Shown here: positions 1 to 9,205 of the stretch, in pieces | Numbering within the stretch: the first letter of the stretch is position 1 | Layout of the letters: each line of letters opens with the position of its first letter | Source: a virus | Lineage: Duplodnaviria; Caudoviricetes | DNA length: 64,000 nt | Reading direction: 5' to 3' (one strand) | Virus record (IMG/VR): IMGVR_UViG_3300032030_000015 | Span: 64,001 to 128,000 of that record | The notes under the pieces: generated by a model | Told to the model about the DNA's origin: nothing | Databases searched by the model: none | The model's input: the letters and a program-made list of their open reading frames with translations, nothing else | Translations under genes and position numbers: made by a program

Positions 1-16
1 AAAAACGATTACGACT

Positions 17-364
17 ATGACTACAGAGAAATTCAACGAAATGGTGAAAGCCTTTTTTAAGGCAGTGAAGGAGAAGACGATCCTGATTATCATCGACTCT
101 GCATCGAAGAACGAGAAGGCGGTGTTCTCCATCGTGTCGTTCAAGGATAAGAACAATCCGTCTTGCGGTTATATAGACTACGGAAACATGCTTGAGGAAC
201 TTGGTTTCAAGAACTACCGAGGTGAGGACAGTCTGTTTGTGACCTACTGCGCCGGACGCTTCAGCCTCTTTATCCTCGACAACATCGTGGAGAAGATGAA
301 GGGACGCGGCATAAGACTTCCGAAAGGATTGTATGAATGGATTCAGTATCAGAACCACATCTAA
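17..364 (+). CDS. hypothetical phage protein
   Basis: 115-aa ORF with A-rich leader ending ACGACT-ATG like neighbouring early genes. Confidence 0.7.
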   Translation: MTTEKFNEMVKAFFKAVKEKTILIIIDSASKNEKAVFSIVSFKDKNNPSCGYIDYGNMLEELGFKNYRGEDSLFVTYCAGRFSLFILDNIVEKMKGRGIRLPKGLYEWIQYQNHI

Positions 365-378
365 AACGAGATACGATT

Positions 379-594
379 ATGGCAAGCTATTACACGAAAG
401 AAACCCTCAAAACGAAGGTGAAGCAGTTGGAGGAAGCAACAGGCTTTCCCATGGAACTTATATCCTGCAATGGCGAGTACGCCATCCAGTTCGTGGACGG
501 CCCCGACTTCGGTTGGGCTGGCTACTACCACACTGTGAAGGAACTTATCATCTATGCCGACGGATTTCTGGCAGGCATGAAGTTTAACAAGTAA
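379..594 (+). CDS. small hypothetical protein (MASYYTKETL...)
   Basis: ATG at 379 after A-rich leader; fills gap before next gene. Confidence 0.65.
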   Translation: MASYYTKETLKTKVKQLEEATGFPMELISCNGEYAIQFVDGPDFGWAGYYHTVKELIIYADGFLAGMKFNK

Positions 595-610
595 TAAAAC
601 GAATTGAGAT

Positions 611-3600
611 ATGAGCAAGTTACAGAGACTAAGAGACAATATCGCGGCGATTGAGTGTGCATTGACCGGCAAGGGCGATGCGGAGGTGCTGGCGAAGTAC
701 ACAGGGTTCGGCGGGATGAACTTCATTCTGAACCACCAGAACCCTGCGTGCTGGTCGAAGAGTGACATGGTGTACTACAAGGACGCGGTGCAGTTGGATA
801 ATCTGCTGCTGAAAGTAAGCGGCGGCGGTGAACAATATCAGGCTTGGAGGGATAGCCTGAAGGCCAGCGTGCTGACGGCGTACTATACACCGAGGGAGTT
901 TGTACATGGAATAGGTAAAGCGCTGTATGGTTTTTACAACGAACACAAGTGCCGTCCTAATTCTTTTCTCGACCCTGCGGCTGGTATGGGTGTATTTATT
1001 CAGTGGTTGGGCGGTGCTGCTTCGGTGACAGGTGGCCGTGTAGTGGCATACGAGAAAGACCTACTGACAGGATTAATGTTAAGTCGCAGGAATATCTTCA
1101 GAAATAAGGATATCCGCATTGCTGGCTTCGAGACTATCCCTGCCGAGGAGATGGGGAAGTACGACCTCGTGGCTACGAATGTGCCGTTTGGGGATATCGC
1201 CGTGTTTGATCCGGAGTATAGCAGGAGCAAGAGTGCTGTAAGGAGGGAGGCGGCGAAGATGATTCACCGCTACTATGTGCTGAAGGGGCTGGACTGTCTG
1301 AGGGACGGGGGTATCGAGGCGTATATCATCACGTCGAACTACCTGAACAGGGACGGGGAGCAGTTGGCAGAGGCACTGAAGCAGGCGCGGCTCATCGGGG
1401 CTTACCGGTTGGCGAACAATCTGTTTAAGGAGAGCGGCACGGAGGTGGGCACTGACCTATTAGTGCTGCAGAAGGACTCGCGGAAGGAGGGGCTGACGGC
1501 TGAAGAGTCGTGGCTGCTGACGATGTATGAGGACTCGGGGTGCCCCACCAATATGTACTTCGATATGAAGCCGGAGCATGTGATTGCGACGAACTGGACG
1601 GTGGACACGGATGCGTATGGGAAGAGGGCGCTGGTGTATCACCACAGAGACGGGGTGGCTGGTATCAGCAAGCAGATGGGGGAGGTGCTGAGCAAGGACC
1701 TCGCGGAGAACTTTGATGCAGGGCTGTATCAGGACGGAGAGACCAGCCGGAGCGCTCGGCCCCAAAGGGACGCTTGCTACCAACGGGACGCAAGAACCGG
1801 CGGGCACGGTGGCAAGCAGGAGCGCAAGGAGGAGAGGATGACTATTAAGGAGAGTGTTTTGCGAGAGCTTTGCTTCGACTATCAGATGTTGTACAAGAAG
1901 GAAGCGGAAGAGATGACTGAGCAGCCAGAACTCCGAAAGGAGATAAACCGCCTCTATGACGGCTTTGTTGAAAAATGGGGCCCGCTGAACAAGCCGGAGA
2001 ACGTGAAGTTCATAAAGGCTATCAAAGGCTTTGACAATATCGTAGAACTGCTGACGCTGGAGAGTCCTGATCCGAACGGTGGCGGTTATCAGAAGGCCGA
2101 CATCTTCAATCATCCAGTATCATTCGCTACCGACAGCGAGCCGGTGGTGATGACGGCGCAGGAGGCGCTGGCGCGGAGCCTGAACCGATGGGGCAGGCCG
2201 GAGGTGACGGAGATGTGCATGATGAGCGGCATGAGCGAGGAGGAACTGCTGAAGGCGCTGGAGGGGGAGATTTATTTCAACCCTATCAGCGGGGAGTGGG
2301 AAATCAAGGCGCGGTTCGTATCTGGCAACGTCGTGGAGAAACTGGATATTATCCATGAGCGCTGCACCACGGAAGAGGAGAGCGACCCGCTGGTAATAGC
2401 CAGCATCAGGGCTCTCGAAGACGCTATCCCGACACCCATCCCCTTCGAGGACCTGGACTTCAACCTCGGTGAGCGGTGGATGGACTGTCAGGTGTATGCG
2501 GACTTTGCGAGTGAGTTCTTCTCGATGCCCGAGGATGCTACGAAGAGTTCGTACTGGTCGGGCAGGGTAGAGGTGACCGTTAAGTATAATGCGCTGTTGG
2601 ATGAGTTTGCGGCGAGTGCATCGAGCAGGAACGAGAAGATATGGAGCCAGTACAGCATCAGCAGCGAGGCTACGAAGTCGTTGGACGGCATCGAACTGCT
2701 GGTGCATGCGCTGAAGAACACCTGTCCGAAGATGATGAAGTATCAGCGCGACGCTCAGGGCCGCTGCATGTATAACGAAAAGGGCGAGCACCTGAAGACG
2801 GAGGATCCGGAGAAGACGCAGATGGCAAACGCCAAGATTGAGGAGATTCGCCAGGGCTTCCAGGACTGGCTCGTCAAGCAGCCGAAGGAGTGGAAGGACG
2901 AGATAACGGCTATCTATAACCGAAAGTTCAACTGCTTCGTGAAGCCGCAGTACGACGGCTCTCATCAGACGTTCCCCGGTGTGGACTGGGCGGGGCTGGA
3001 AGCGAAGTACGGCATTCCGCAGCCGCAGTACGACGCCAAGGGTAAGAAACTGAGCGGCGGGCTGTACAAGAGTCAGGAGGACTGCGTGTGGATGCTGGTT
3101 CAGAATGGCGGCGGCATCTGCGACCACGAAGTTGGAAGCGGTAAGACGTTGATTATGTGCGTCGCTGCCCATGAGATGAAGCGCCTGGGGCTGGTACACA
3201 AGCCGATGATTATCGGACTGAAGGCGAACGTCGGCGCCATCGCCGAGACGTACCGCACGGCCTATCCGCAGGCCAAGGTGCTGTACGCCGGCGAGGCCGA
3301 CTATAAGGGCGAGGCAGGGCGCGTGAACTTCCTGAACCGGGCCAAGAACAACGACTGGGACTGCGTGATTATGTCGCACGACTCGTTCGGACGCATTCCG
3401 CAGAGCGACGAGATACAGCGCGACATCCTGCGTGATGAGGTGCAGCAGATAGACGAAGCCATCAAGATTACCAAGGAGTGGAAAGAGTGGCGGGTGTCGG
3501 GCAAGATGCTGAAGGGCCTGGAGAAGCGCAAGCAGAACATGCAGGCGAAGATTGAGGCGCTGCAGGACAGCATCAGGACGAGGACCGACGACGTGGTGGA

Positions 3601-5683
3601 CTTCCGCATGATGGGCATCGACCACATCTTCGTCGACGAGAGCCACATGTTCAAGAACCTGGGCTTCAGTACCCGTCACGACCGTGTGGCAGGGCTGGGC
3701 AACTCGGAGGGAAGCAAGCGGGCGTTCAACCTGCTCATGGCCATCCGCACCATCCAGCAGCGCACGGGCCGCGACCTCGGGGCGACGTTCCTCAGCGGTA
3801 CCACGGTGACGAACTCGCTGACGGAACTCTATTCGCTGTTCCGCTACTTACGTCCGCAGGCTCTGAAGAAGCAGGGCATCACGTGTTTCGATGCCTGGGC
3901 CGCCATCTTCACGAAGAAGTCGAGCGAGTATGAGTTCTCGATAACCAACCAGATTATCCTGAAGGAGCGCTTCCGGTATTTTATAAAAGTGCCGGAACTT
4001 GCGATGTTCTATAACGAGATAACCGACTTCCGCACGGCAGAAGACGTGGGCATCGACCGCCCGAAGAAGCACACGATGCTCTTGAACCTGAAGCCGACGC
4101 CCGACCAGGAGCGGTATATCAAGGTGCTGATGGAGTTTGCCAAGACGGGAGACTTCAAGCTCATCGGTATGCCGAACCCGACCGACCAGCAGCAGAAGGC
4201 CAAGATGCTATACGCCACCGACAAGGCCAGAAAGATGTCGTTGGATATGCGGCTCATCGACGAAGCGTACAGCGACCACCCGAACTCGAAGGCCTCGCAG
4301 TGCGCCAAGAACATCAAGGCGTACTACGATTTGTACAGCGAGCAGAAGGGTGTGCAGCTGGTCTTTTCTGATCTGAGTGCCTACGACCCCAAGAAATGGA
4401 ACATCTACTCGGAGATCAAGCGGCACCTCGTGGAGGACTACGGCATCCCGGCGAAGGAAATCCGGTTTATCCAGGAGTGCAAGTGCGAGTCGAAGAAGAA
4501 CGCGCTGATAGCCGCCGTGAACCGTGGCGAGGTGCGGGTGCTGTTCGGCTCTACCCAGATGCTCGGCACCGGCGTCAACGCCCAGCAGCGAGTCGTCGCC
4601 GTGCATCACCTCGACACACCGTGGCGACCCTCCGACCTCGAACAGCGCGACGGCCGTGCCATCAGAAAGGGCAACGAGGTGGCCAAGCAGTATGCCGGCA
4701 ACCAGGTGGATATCATTATCTACGCCGTGGAGCGGTCGCTCGACTCGTATAAGTTCAACCTGCTCCATTGCAAGCAGACGTTCATCAATCAGTTGAAGCG
4801 CGGACAGTTGAGCATCCGAACGCTCGACGAGGGCGTGATGGATGAGAAGACCGGCGCCAACTTCGCAGAATTTATGGCCGTCTTATCAGGTAATACCGAC
4901 CTGTTGGAGCGTGCCAAACTGGAGAAGAAGATTGCCGGGCTGGAGGCCGAGAAGAAAACCTTCGCCAGAGAGAAGGCCGACTATGAGCAGAAGCGCGAAC
5001 GGCTCGTGAAGGACTGCGAGGCGCTGGAGAGGAATATCGAGAGCGTCAACGAGGACAGCGAGCGGTTCTTTGCCGAGAGGGGCAAGGCAGGAGCGCTTGT
5101 ATCTACTGGCGAGTATATCCACAAGATTGAGATTGACGGGTTTGAGCCTCGTGAGCAACATGAGAACGGCAGTTATTCTATACTGACAGCCGAGAACAAC
5201 CCCGACGCCTTCAACAAGGCCATCGGCACCGAACTATTGCGCATCGCCGACACCGCCCGCACCGACGGCAAGCACGTCACCATCGGCAGCGTCTATGGCT
5301 TCCCCATCTCGGTGAAGACCACCTCGACCACCGTCATCCTCGACGGCAAGCAACTGACGGACTATACGAATCAGTTCTACGTCAGCGGACAGCGGCTCAT
5401 CTACATCGTCAACCGCTCGGGCCGCCTGAACCGCTCGTCGGCCACCGCCTCGGCCCTGCTGCCCCTGCAGACCATGCAGCGCCTGCCCGACATGGCCGGC
5501 TCGTGGCAGCAGCAACTCTCGGAGAACCGCCAGCGCATCGACCAGCTCACCGCCATCATCGCCAACGACTGGCCCAAGGAAGACGCGCTGAAGAAACTCC
5601 GCGCCGACCTCGCCATGCTCGACCGCCGTATCAACAAGTCCATCCACAGCGACGAGCAGCAACAGATGAAGCAGGCGGCGTAG
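611..5683 (+). CDS. DarB-like N6-DNA methyltransferase / SNF2-type helicase fusion (putative anti-restriction protein)
   Basis: 1690 aa; MTase motif I DPAAGMG and motif IV NVPF; helicase Walker A HEVGSGKT, DESH box, SGT motif III, QRDGRAIR motif VI. Confidence 0.88.
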   Translation: MSKLQRLRDNIAAIECALTGKGDAEVLAKYTGFGGMNFILNHQNPACWSKSDMVYYKDAVQLDNLLLKVSGGGEQYQAWRDSLKASVLTAYYTPREFVHGIGKALYGFYNEHKCRPNSFLDPAAGMGVFIQWLGGAASVTGGRVVAYEKDLLTGLMLSRRNIFRNKDIRIAGFETIPAEEMGKYDLVATNVPFGDIAVFDPEYSRSKSAVRREAAKMIHRYYVLKGLDCLRDGGIEAYIITSNYLNRDGEQLAEALKQARLIGAYRLANNLFKESGTEVGTDLLVLQKDSRKEGLTAEESWLLTMYEDSGCPTNMYFDMKPEHVIATNWTVDTDAYGKRALVYHHRDGVAGISKQMGEVLSKDLAENFDAGLYQDGETSRSARPQRDACYQRDARTGGHGGKQERKEERMTIKESVLRELCFDYQMLYKKEAEEMTEQPELRKEINRLYDGFVEKWGPLNKPENVKFIKAIKGFDNIVELLTLESPDPNGGGYQKADIFNHPVSFATDSEPVVMTAQEALARSLNRWGRPEVTEMCMMSGMSEEELLKALEGEIYFNPISGEWEIKARFVSGNVVEKLDIIHERCTTEEESDPLVIASIRALEDAIPTPIPFEDLDFNLGERWMDCQVYADFASEFFSMPEDATKSSYWSGRVEVTVKYNALLDEFAASASSRNEKIWSQYSISSEATKSLDGIELLVHALKNTCPKMMKYQRDAQGRCMYNEKGEHLKTEDPEKTQMANAKIEEIRQGFQDWLVKQPKEWKDEITAIYNRKFNCFVKPQYDGSHQTFPGVDWAGLEAKYGIPQPQYDAKGKKLSGGLYKSQEDCVWMLVQNGGGICDHEVGSGKTLIMCVAAHEMKRLGLVHKPMIIGLKANVGAIAETYRTAYPQAKVLYAGEADYKGEAGRVNFLNRAKNNDWDCVIMSHDSFGRIPQSDEIQRDILRDEVQQIDEAIKITKEWKEWRVSGKMLKGLEKRKQNMQAKIEALQDSIRTRTDDVVDFRMMGIDHIFVDESHMFKNLGFSTRHDRVAGLGNSEGSKRAFNLLMAIRTIQQRTGRDLGATFLSGTTVTNSLTELYSLFRYLRPQALKKQGITCFDAWAAIFTKKSSEYEFSITNQIILKERFRYFIKVPELAMFYNEITDFRTAEDVGIDRPKKHTMLLNLKPTPDQERYIKVLMEFAKTGDFKLIGMPNPTDQQQKAKMLYATDKARKMSLDMRLIDEAYSDHPNSKASQCAKNIKAYYDLYSEQKGVQLVFSDLSAYDPKKWNIYSEIKRHLVEDYGIPAKEIRFIQECKCESKKNALIAAVNRGEVRVLFGSTQMLGTGVNAQQRVVAVHHLDTPWRPSDLEQRDGRAIRKGNEVAKQYAGNQVDIIIYAVERSLDSYKFNLLHCKQTFINQLKRGQLSIRTLDEGVMDEKTGANFAEFMAVLSGNTDLLERAKLEKKIAGLEAEKKTFAREKADYEQKRERLVKDCEALERNIESVNEDSERFFAERGKAGALVSTGEYIHKIEIDGFEPREQHENGSYSILTAENNPDAFNKAIGTELLRIADTARTDGKHVTIGSVYGFPISVKTTSTTVILDGKQLTDYTNQFYVSGQRLIYIVNRSGRLNRSSATASALLPLQTMQRLPDMAGSWQQQLSENRQRIDQLTAIIANDWPKEDALKKLRADLAMLDRRINKSIHSDEQQQMKQAA

Positions 5684-5693
5684 AACCCTCTCT

Positions 5694-5766
5694 AAAAACC
5701 GACCCTCGGTCGGCTTGTCACACCGTCCCTCGCTCGGTCAATCACATCGACCGAGGGTCGGTTTTT
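5694..5766. terminator. 19-bp perfect inverted repeat, likely terminator hairpin
   Basis: AAAAACCGACCCTCGGTCG (5694-5712) / CGACCGAGGGTCGGTTTTT (5748-5766) right after the helicase stop. Confidence 0.65.
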
Positions 5767-5804
5767 TAACCCCGATTATTCACCCAATTAAAACAGCAAG
5801 CAAT

Positions 5805-6314
5805 ATGAAGACAATCGACAATCAGATTAACGAACTGAAGCAGGTAGCCAAGGCGCATGGGTTGGAGATTCGCTTCCGCAATCACAAGACCGACCAGGGC
5901 GACTTCTGCATCTTCATCTACGACAGACAGAACTTCCGACAGAGTTATGCCGTGGGTTACGACGGCGACTGGAAAGGCAAGAGCGTCAGTTTCGACAAGT
6001 GCCTGAAGTCCGCCTACAACTGGATTGAGCACCGAGACAAGCGTTTCATCTTCCGCGATGGACGCTGGCAGTACGGACACTTCCACTTCATCGTCTGGAA
6101 GGACGGCGACGGCAGCGACCGTGAACATTATCTGACCATCGGCGATGCTGACAAGGCAGCCGCCGAGTATATGAAACAAGGCTATTGCGTGGTGTGCTAC
6201 GACCAGGAACCGACGGGCAAGAGCCGACTGGCGAAAGTCTACGGCGATTACGAACGTCACACCAACGACTATGTGAGAAACCAAATCAAGAAACAACAGC
6301 CGGCTATGGCATAA
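5805..6314 (+). CDS. hypothetical phage protein
   Basis: ORF; start taken at MKTIDNQ after A-rich leader. Confidence 0.7.
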   Translation: MKTIDNQINELKQVAKAHGLEIRFRNHKTDQGDFCIFIYDRQNFRQSYAVGYDGDWKGKSVSFDKCLKSAYNWIEHRDKRFIFRDGRWQYGHFHFIVWKDGDGSDREHYLTIGDADKAAAEYMKQGYCVVCYDQEPTGKSRLAKVYGDYERHTNDYVRNQIKKQQPAMA

Positions 6315-6327
6315 CAACAATACGACT

Positions 6328-6501
6328 ATGCAAGTAAGAATCAAGTACAAATCAGCCGCAGACGCTGAGAATGCCGCAAGCAAACTCCCTGTTGCCTGCA
6401 AGTGGAGAATCGTAAAAGGCTATACGACCGACGCATATCTGGAAGTCCCTGAATCCTACGAGGACTATGTGATGAGATACCTGAACCCAAAAGACATTTG
6501 A
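6328..6501 (+). CDS. small hypothetical protein (57 aa, MQVRIKYKS...)
   Basis: Read manually; leader TACGACT-ATG; tightly packed with neighbours. Confidence 0.6.
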   Translation: MQVRIKYKSAADAENAASKLPVACKWRIVKGYTTDAYLEVPESYEDYVMRYLNPKDI

Positions 6502-6505
6502 GACT

Positions 6506-6691
6506 ATGGCACGACTCGATTACGACATCGACAACTTCAGCGGCACGCAAGGACGCGGCACCCGATACGACATCCTGAGCGACGGCGACGTCATCTACCA
6601 CGACATCCCCGAAGAATCCGTCGACCGCCTCTGTGCAGAAATGGAGCGCAAGCCCTACCTCTATGGCAACATCGAAGTGAAGGCGCTCTGA
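6506..6691 (+). CDS. small hypothetical protein
   Basis: 61-aa ORF directly after the previous stop. Confidence 0.6.
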   Translation: MARLDYDIDNFSGTQGRGTRYDILSDGDVIYHDIPEESVDRLCAEMERKPYLYGNIEVKAL

Positions 6692-6703
6692 CCCCCCTCT
6701 CGA

Positions 6704-6870
6704 AACTGGTATATATACCAACTGCCAACTGGTATATATATCAATCGACAACTGGTATATCATATCAGTTTCAAACTGGTATATCATATCAATTCCAAAC
6801 CGCTTCCCGAACCGTTTTCCAATCGGTTGCCCAACCGACTGCCAATCGCTTCGGGAACCGATTCCAAACC
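6704..6870. repeat. tandem AACTGGTATAT repeats (x4) followed by degenerate ~12-bp repeats
   Basis: Copies at 6704, 6727, 6750, 6774 (23/23/24-bp spacing), then CCAAYCG-like units to ~6870; intergenic. Confidence 0.8.
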
Positions 6871-6904
6871 CGACAATTATTCACCCAATTAAAACATTAC
6901 GACA

Positions 6905-7486
6905 ATGACGACAACTGCAAACTACATGATCAAGGCCGTGGTAGGCGGCGAGACCTACCTGTTCCAGTACGAACACTGTTACGACGCATGGGCTGCGCTG
7001 GAGCAGTTCTGGCACGAGGACTACCCCGAGACCATCGCCAGCCTGCCCGACTGTGGCACCTTCCCCATCGACATCCTCTCTATGCTCGAAGGCAAGGTCA
7101 TCGCCACCATGCCCGTAACGTTCAACGCCTGCCTCTTCGACCACTTCTTCGACAAAGGCTGGAGCGCATCGAGCCAAGAGCCCGGCCAGCGCTACACCCT
7201 CGACCAGTTCGCCAAGGACATCGCGAGGGAGCCGGACACCGCCAGGGACATCATCGCCCTGTGGAGCGACTGGTGCATGGACTACGACGACGAGAACCGC
7301 TGGCTCGACTACTTGGTGAAGCACCCCAAGGGACACTGCAACCGCCAGCACCTGCAAGACAAGTGGGACCACTGCTACGAGAAGTACGGCAACAAGGCCG
7401 CCATGCAGATGTTCTGGCGCGAACTCGACCGCAAGAACCGCGACATCCTCACCGAGTACATCACCACGCAGTGGCGGAAGAAATGA
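6905..7486 (+). CDS. hypothetical phage protein
   Basis: 193-aa ORF with conserved leader. Confidence 0.75.
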   Translation: MTTTANYMIKAVVGGETYLFQYEHCYDAWAALEQFWHEDYPETIASLPDCGTFPIDILSMLEGKVIATMPVTFNACLFDHFFDKGWSASSQEPGQRYTLDQFAKDIAREPDTARDIIALWSDWCMDYDDENRWLDYLVKHPKGHCNRQHLQDKWDHCYEKYGNKAAMQMFWRELDRKNRDILTEYITTQWRKK

Positions 7487-7513
7487 ATAATAATCCTATA
7501 AACAGAAACAAGC

Positions 7514-7660
7514 ATGGAATTGACAGTTTACGTCCTCAGTTACAACGCCGGAGTTCTTGGCGTGTACAAGAGTAAAAAGAAAGCGCTTCAGGAGAAATCC
7601 GAATACGAGCGCTATGACTATAAAGGCGTGAAAGTAGAAGAGTTTCACGTCTATGAGTAA
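7514..7660 (+). CDS. small hypothetical protein (48 aa, MELTVYVLSY...)
   Basis: Read manually; leader CCTATAAACAGAAACAAGC-ATG. Confidence 0.6.
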   Translation: MELTVYVLSYNAGVLGVYKSKKKALQEKSEYERYDYKGVKVEEFHVYE

Positions 7661-7693
7661 CCCGAGTTTAACCCCCTATAAACAGAAACAAGC

Positions 7694-7759
7694 ATGATAG
7701 AAAATTGGATCCTTTTATTCCTCTTCTGGGCCTGCGTCATCAAGTCGGCCCTGAAATAG
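7694..7759 (+). CDS. 21-aa hydrophobic peptide MIENWILLFLFWACVIKSALK
   Basis: Same 22-nt leader as the 7514 ORF; single-TM-like sequence. Confidence 0.45.
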   Translation: MIENWILLFLFWACVIKSALK

Positions 7760-7783
7760 TATTAACATCAAAACATTACGACT

Positions 7784-8086
7784 ATGACAACAAAGACAAC
7801 CATCTGCATGTCGCCCGATGTGACAAGGACGTCCATCGACGAGCGCAATATCTATGACGGCCATCACGACATTCTGTTCCACTACCGCCACAAAGACAGG
7901 CTGGTGGCCATCACCTCTGCGTCAGGCTATCCGAGCAGAAACGAATACGACCGTATAGGAACACTCCGGCCACCTCACGCCGGAACATTCAGCAACGGCA
8001 AGCGCTCCGCATATTTCGCAAGCCTTGACGAAATGGATGCCTACATTATGAGCGAGATAGAGAACGGGTTGACACCCTATGAGTAA
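7784..8086 (+). CDS. hypothetical phage protein
   Basis: 100-aa ORF with repeated leader. Confidence 0.7.
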   Translation: MTTKTTICMSPDVTRTSIDERNIYDGHHDILFHYRHKDRLVAITSASGYPSRNEYDRIGTLRPPHAGTFSNGKRSAYFASLDEMDAYIMSEIENGLTPYE

Positions 8087-8105
8087 ACATCAAAACATTA
8101 CGACT

Positions 8106-8561
8106 ATGAAGATTCAAACTATTGTGAGCGACATCACTCACGACGATCTGGTGAACCTCTTCGCCACGGCAACAGAGGGAAGCCCTTTCTTTGATGTCAA
8201 GAAGAGAAAGACCGACTACTACGGCACACCCCTGGAGAACGAGGGCGACTGCCGCGAAGACACATGGGCGAAGGTGCTGCTTGCAGGAAAGCCCGTCTAT
8301 GTGTATGACTACTACGCCGAGGATGCCGACGAGTTCTACGGCGACCTGCCCCACTTATGGCGACCGAAGCACGAGGCCATGCGCTACGAACTGACGCTCG
8401 AAGATATCCGCAAGGGACTGGAACGCGCCCTGTCGAGCCAGTCGGAGGTATCGAAATACGCCCGTGACCTGATGGACGAAGACGACATCATCAACTTCGA
8501 CCTCACCGAGGCCGAGAGCCTGCTGCAGTACATCGTATTCGGAGAAGTGATTTATGGATAA
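8106..8561 (+). CDS. hypothetical phage protein
   Basis: Start at MKIQTIV after the same 24-nt leader as the 7784 gene. Confidence 0.75.
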   Translation: MKIQTIVSDITHDDLVNLFATATEGSPFFDVKKRKTDYYGTPLENEGDCREDTWAKVLLAGKPVYVYDYYAEDADEFYGDLPHLWRPKHEAMRYELTLEDIRKGLERALSSQSEVSKYARDLMDEDDIINFDLTEAESLLQYIVFGEVIYG

Positions 8562-8577
8562 AAACAAGTGACGACCT

Positions 8578-8931
8578 ATGAACAACTACGGATTCAAACC
8601 CACCATTCAAGACCTGAGCGGAAAGACGTTCGGACTATGGACGGTGGTGAAGATGGCCGGGCGCAACAAGAAGCGCGAGGCCCAGTGGCTCTGTCGCTGC
8701 CAGTGCGGCACGGAGCGAGTGATTTCCACCTACGACCTGAAGCACGGCAGGACTCACGGCTGCATCAGGTGTGCTCACGAAGAAGGCAGGGCAGGGAACC
8801 ATACCCAGTTCAATGCCGCTTCCAGTCTCGACAAAGTAATGACCTCCGTGGAAAGGCTCTGCGTCCACGGCATTCCTCTCCACGACGTACTGGTAAGACT
8901 TCAGGAAGAACGAGACAAACTGACGCCATGA
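8578..8931 (+). CDS. protein with the Cys-containing N-terminal DNA-binding module seen in phage HNH/AP2 proteins
   Basis: DLSGKTFGLWTV...WLCRCQCG...L..G.T.GC pattern; no nuclease domain visible. Confidence 0.6.
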   Translation: MNNYGFKPTIQDLSGKTFGLWTVVKMAGRNKKREAQWLCRCQCGTERVISTYDLKHGRTHGCIRCAHEEGRAGNHTQFNAASSLDKVMTSVERLCVHGIPLHDVLVRLQEERDKLTP

Positions 8932-9083
8932 ACTACCCAGCCTACATCGACCCCGACATGCGCCAGCTGCTCGACGCCCTCGGCACCATCATCGTGCCGC
9001 GTCGGGCAGGCCGCCGGGCCGTGTGGCGCGAGAACCCGCACAGCCCCTACTACTCACCAGGCCGCTACAAGCGAGTGGCCTGA
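8928..9083 (+). CDS. small hypothetical protein (MNYPAYIDPD...)
   Basis: ATGA overlap with the previous stop. Confidence 0.5.
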   Translation: MNYPAYIDPDMRQLLDALGTIIVPRRAGRRAVWRENPHSPYYSPGRYKRVA

Positions 9084-9133
9084 CTATTCTGCAACTTTTT
9101 CCGGAATCATGCTGCAATCTCCGAAAAAAGCAT

Positions 9134-9141
9134 TACCTTTG
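9134..9141 (+). promoter_or_regulatory. Bacteroidota housekeeping promoter -7 element
   Basis: TACCTTTG matches TAnnTTTG, about 65 bp before the 9206 ATG. Confidence 0.65.
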
Positions 9142-9205
9142 CAGCAGCTACAACGAAACATTCACATTTAAGACCCCGGACTGATCGGTTAAACAGTTAG
9201 ACAAT

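Noticed and set aside
2120-3679. Long antisense ORFs (also 21360-23345, 56246-58348, 61176-63059 and others)
   Set aside because: Shadow frames of GC-rich genes on the opposite strand, with no motifs or leaders
3500-5300. Replication terminus inferred from the G-to-C skew flip
   Set aside because: Similar flips recur inside other genes on both strands, so it is not a single replichore boundary
6704-6790. CRISPR array
   Set aside because: 11-bp repeats with 12-13-bp similar spacers; no cas genes
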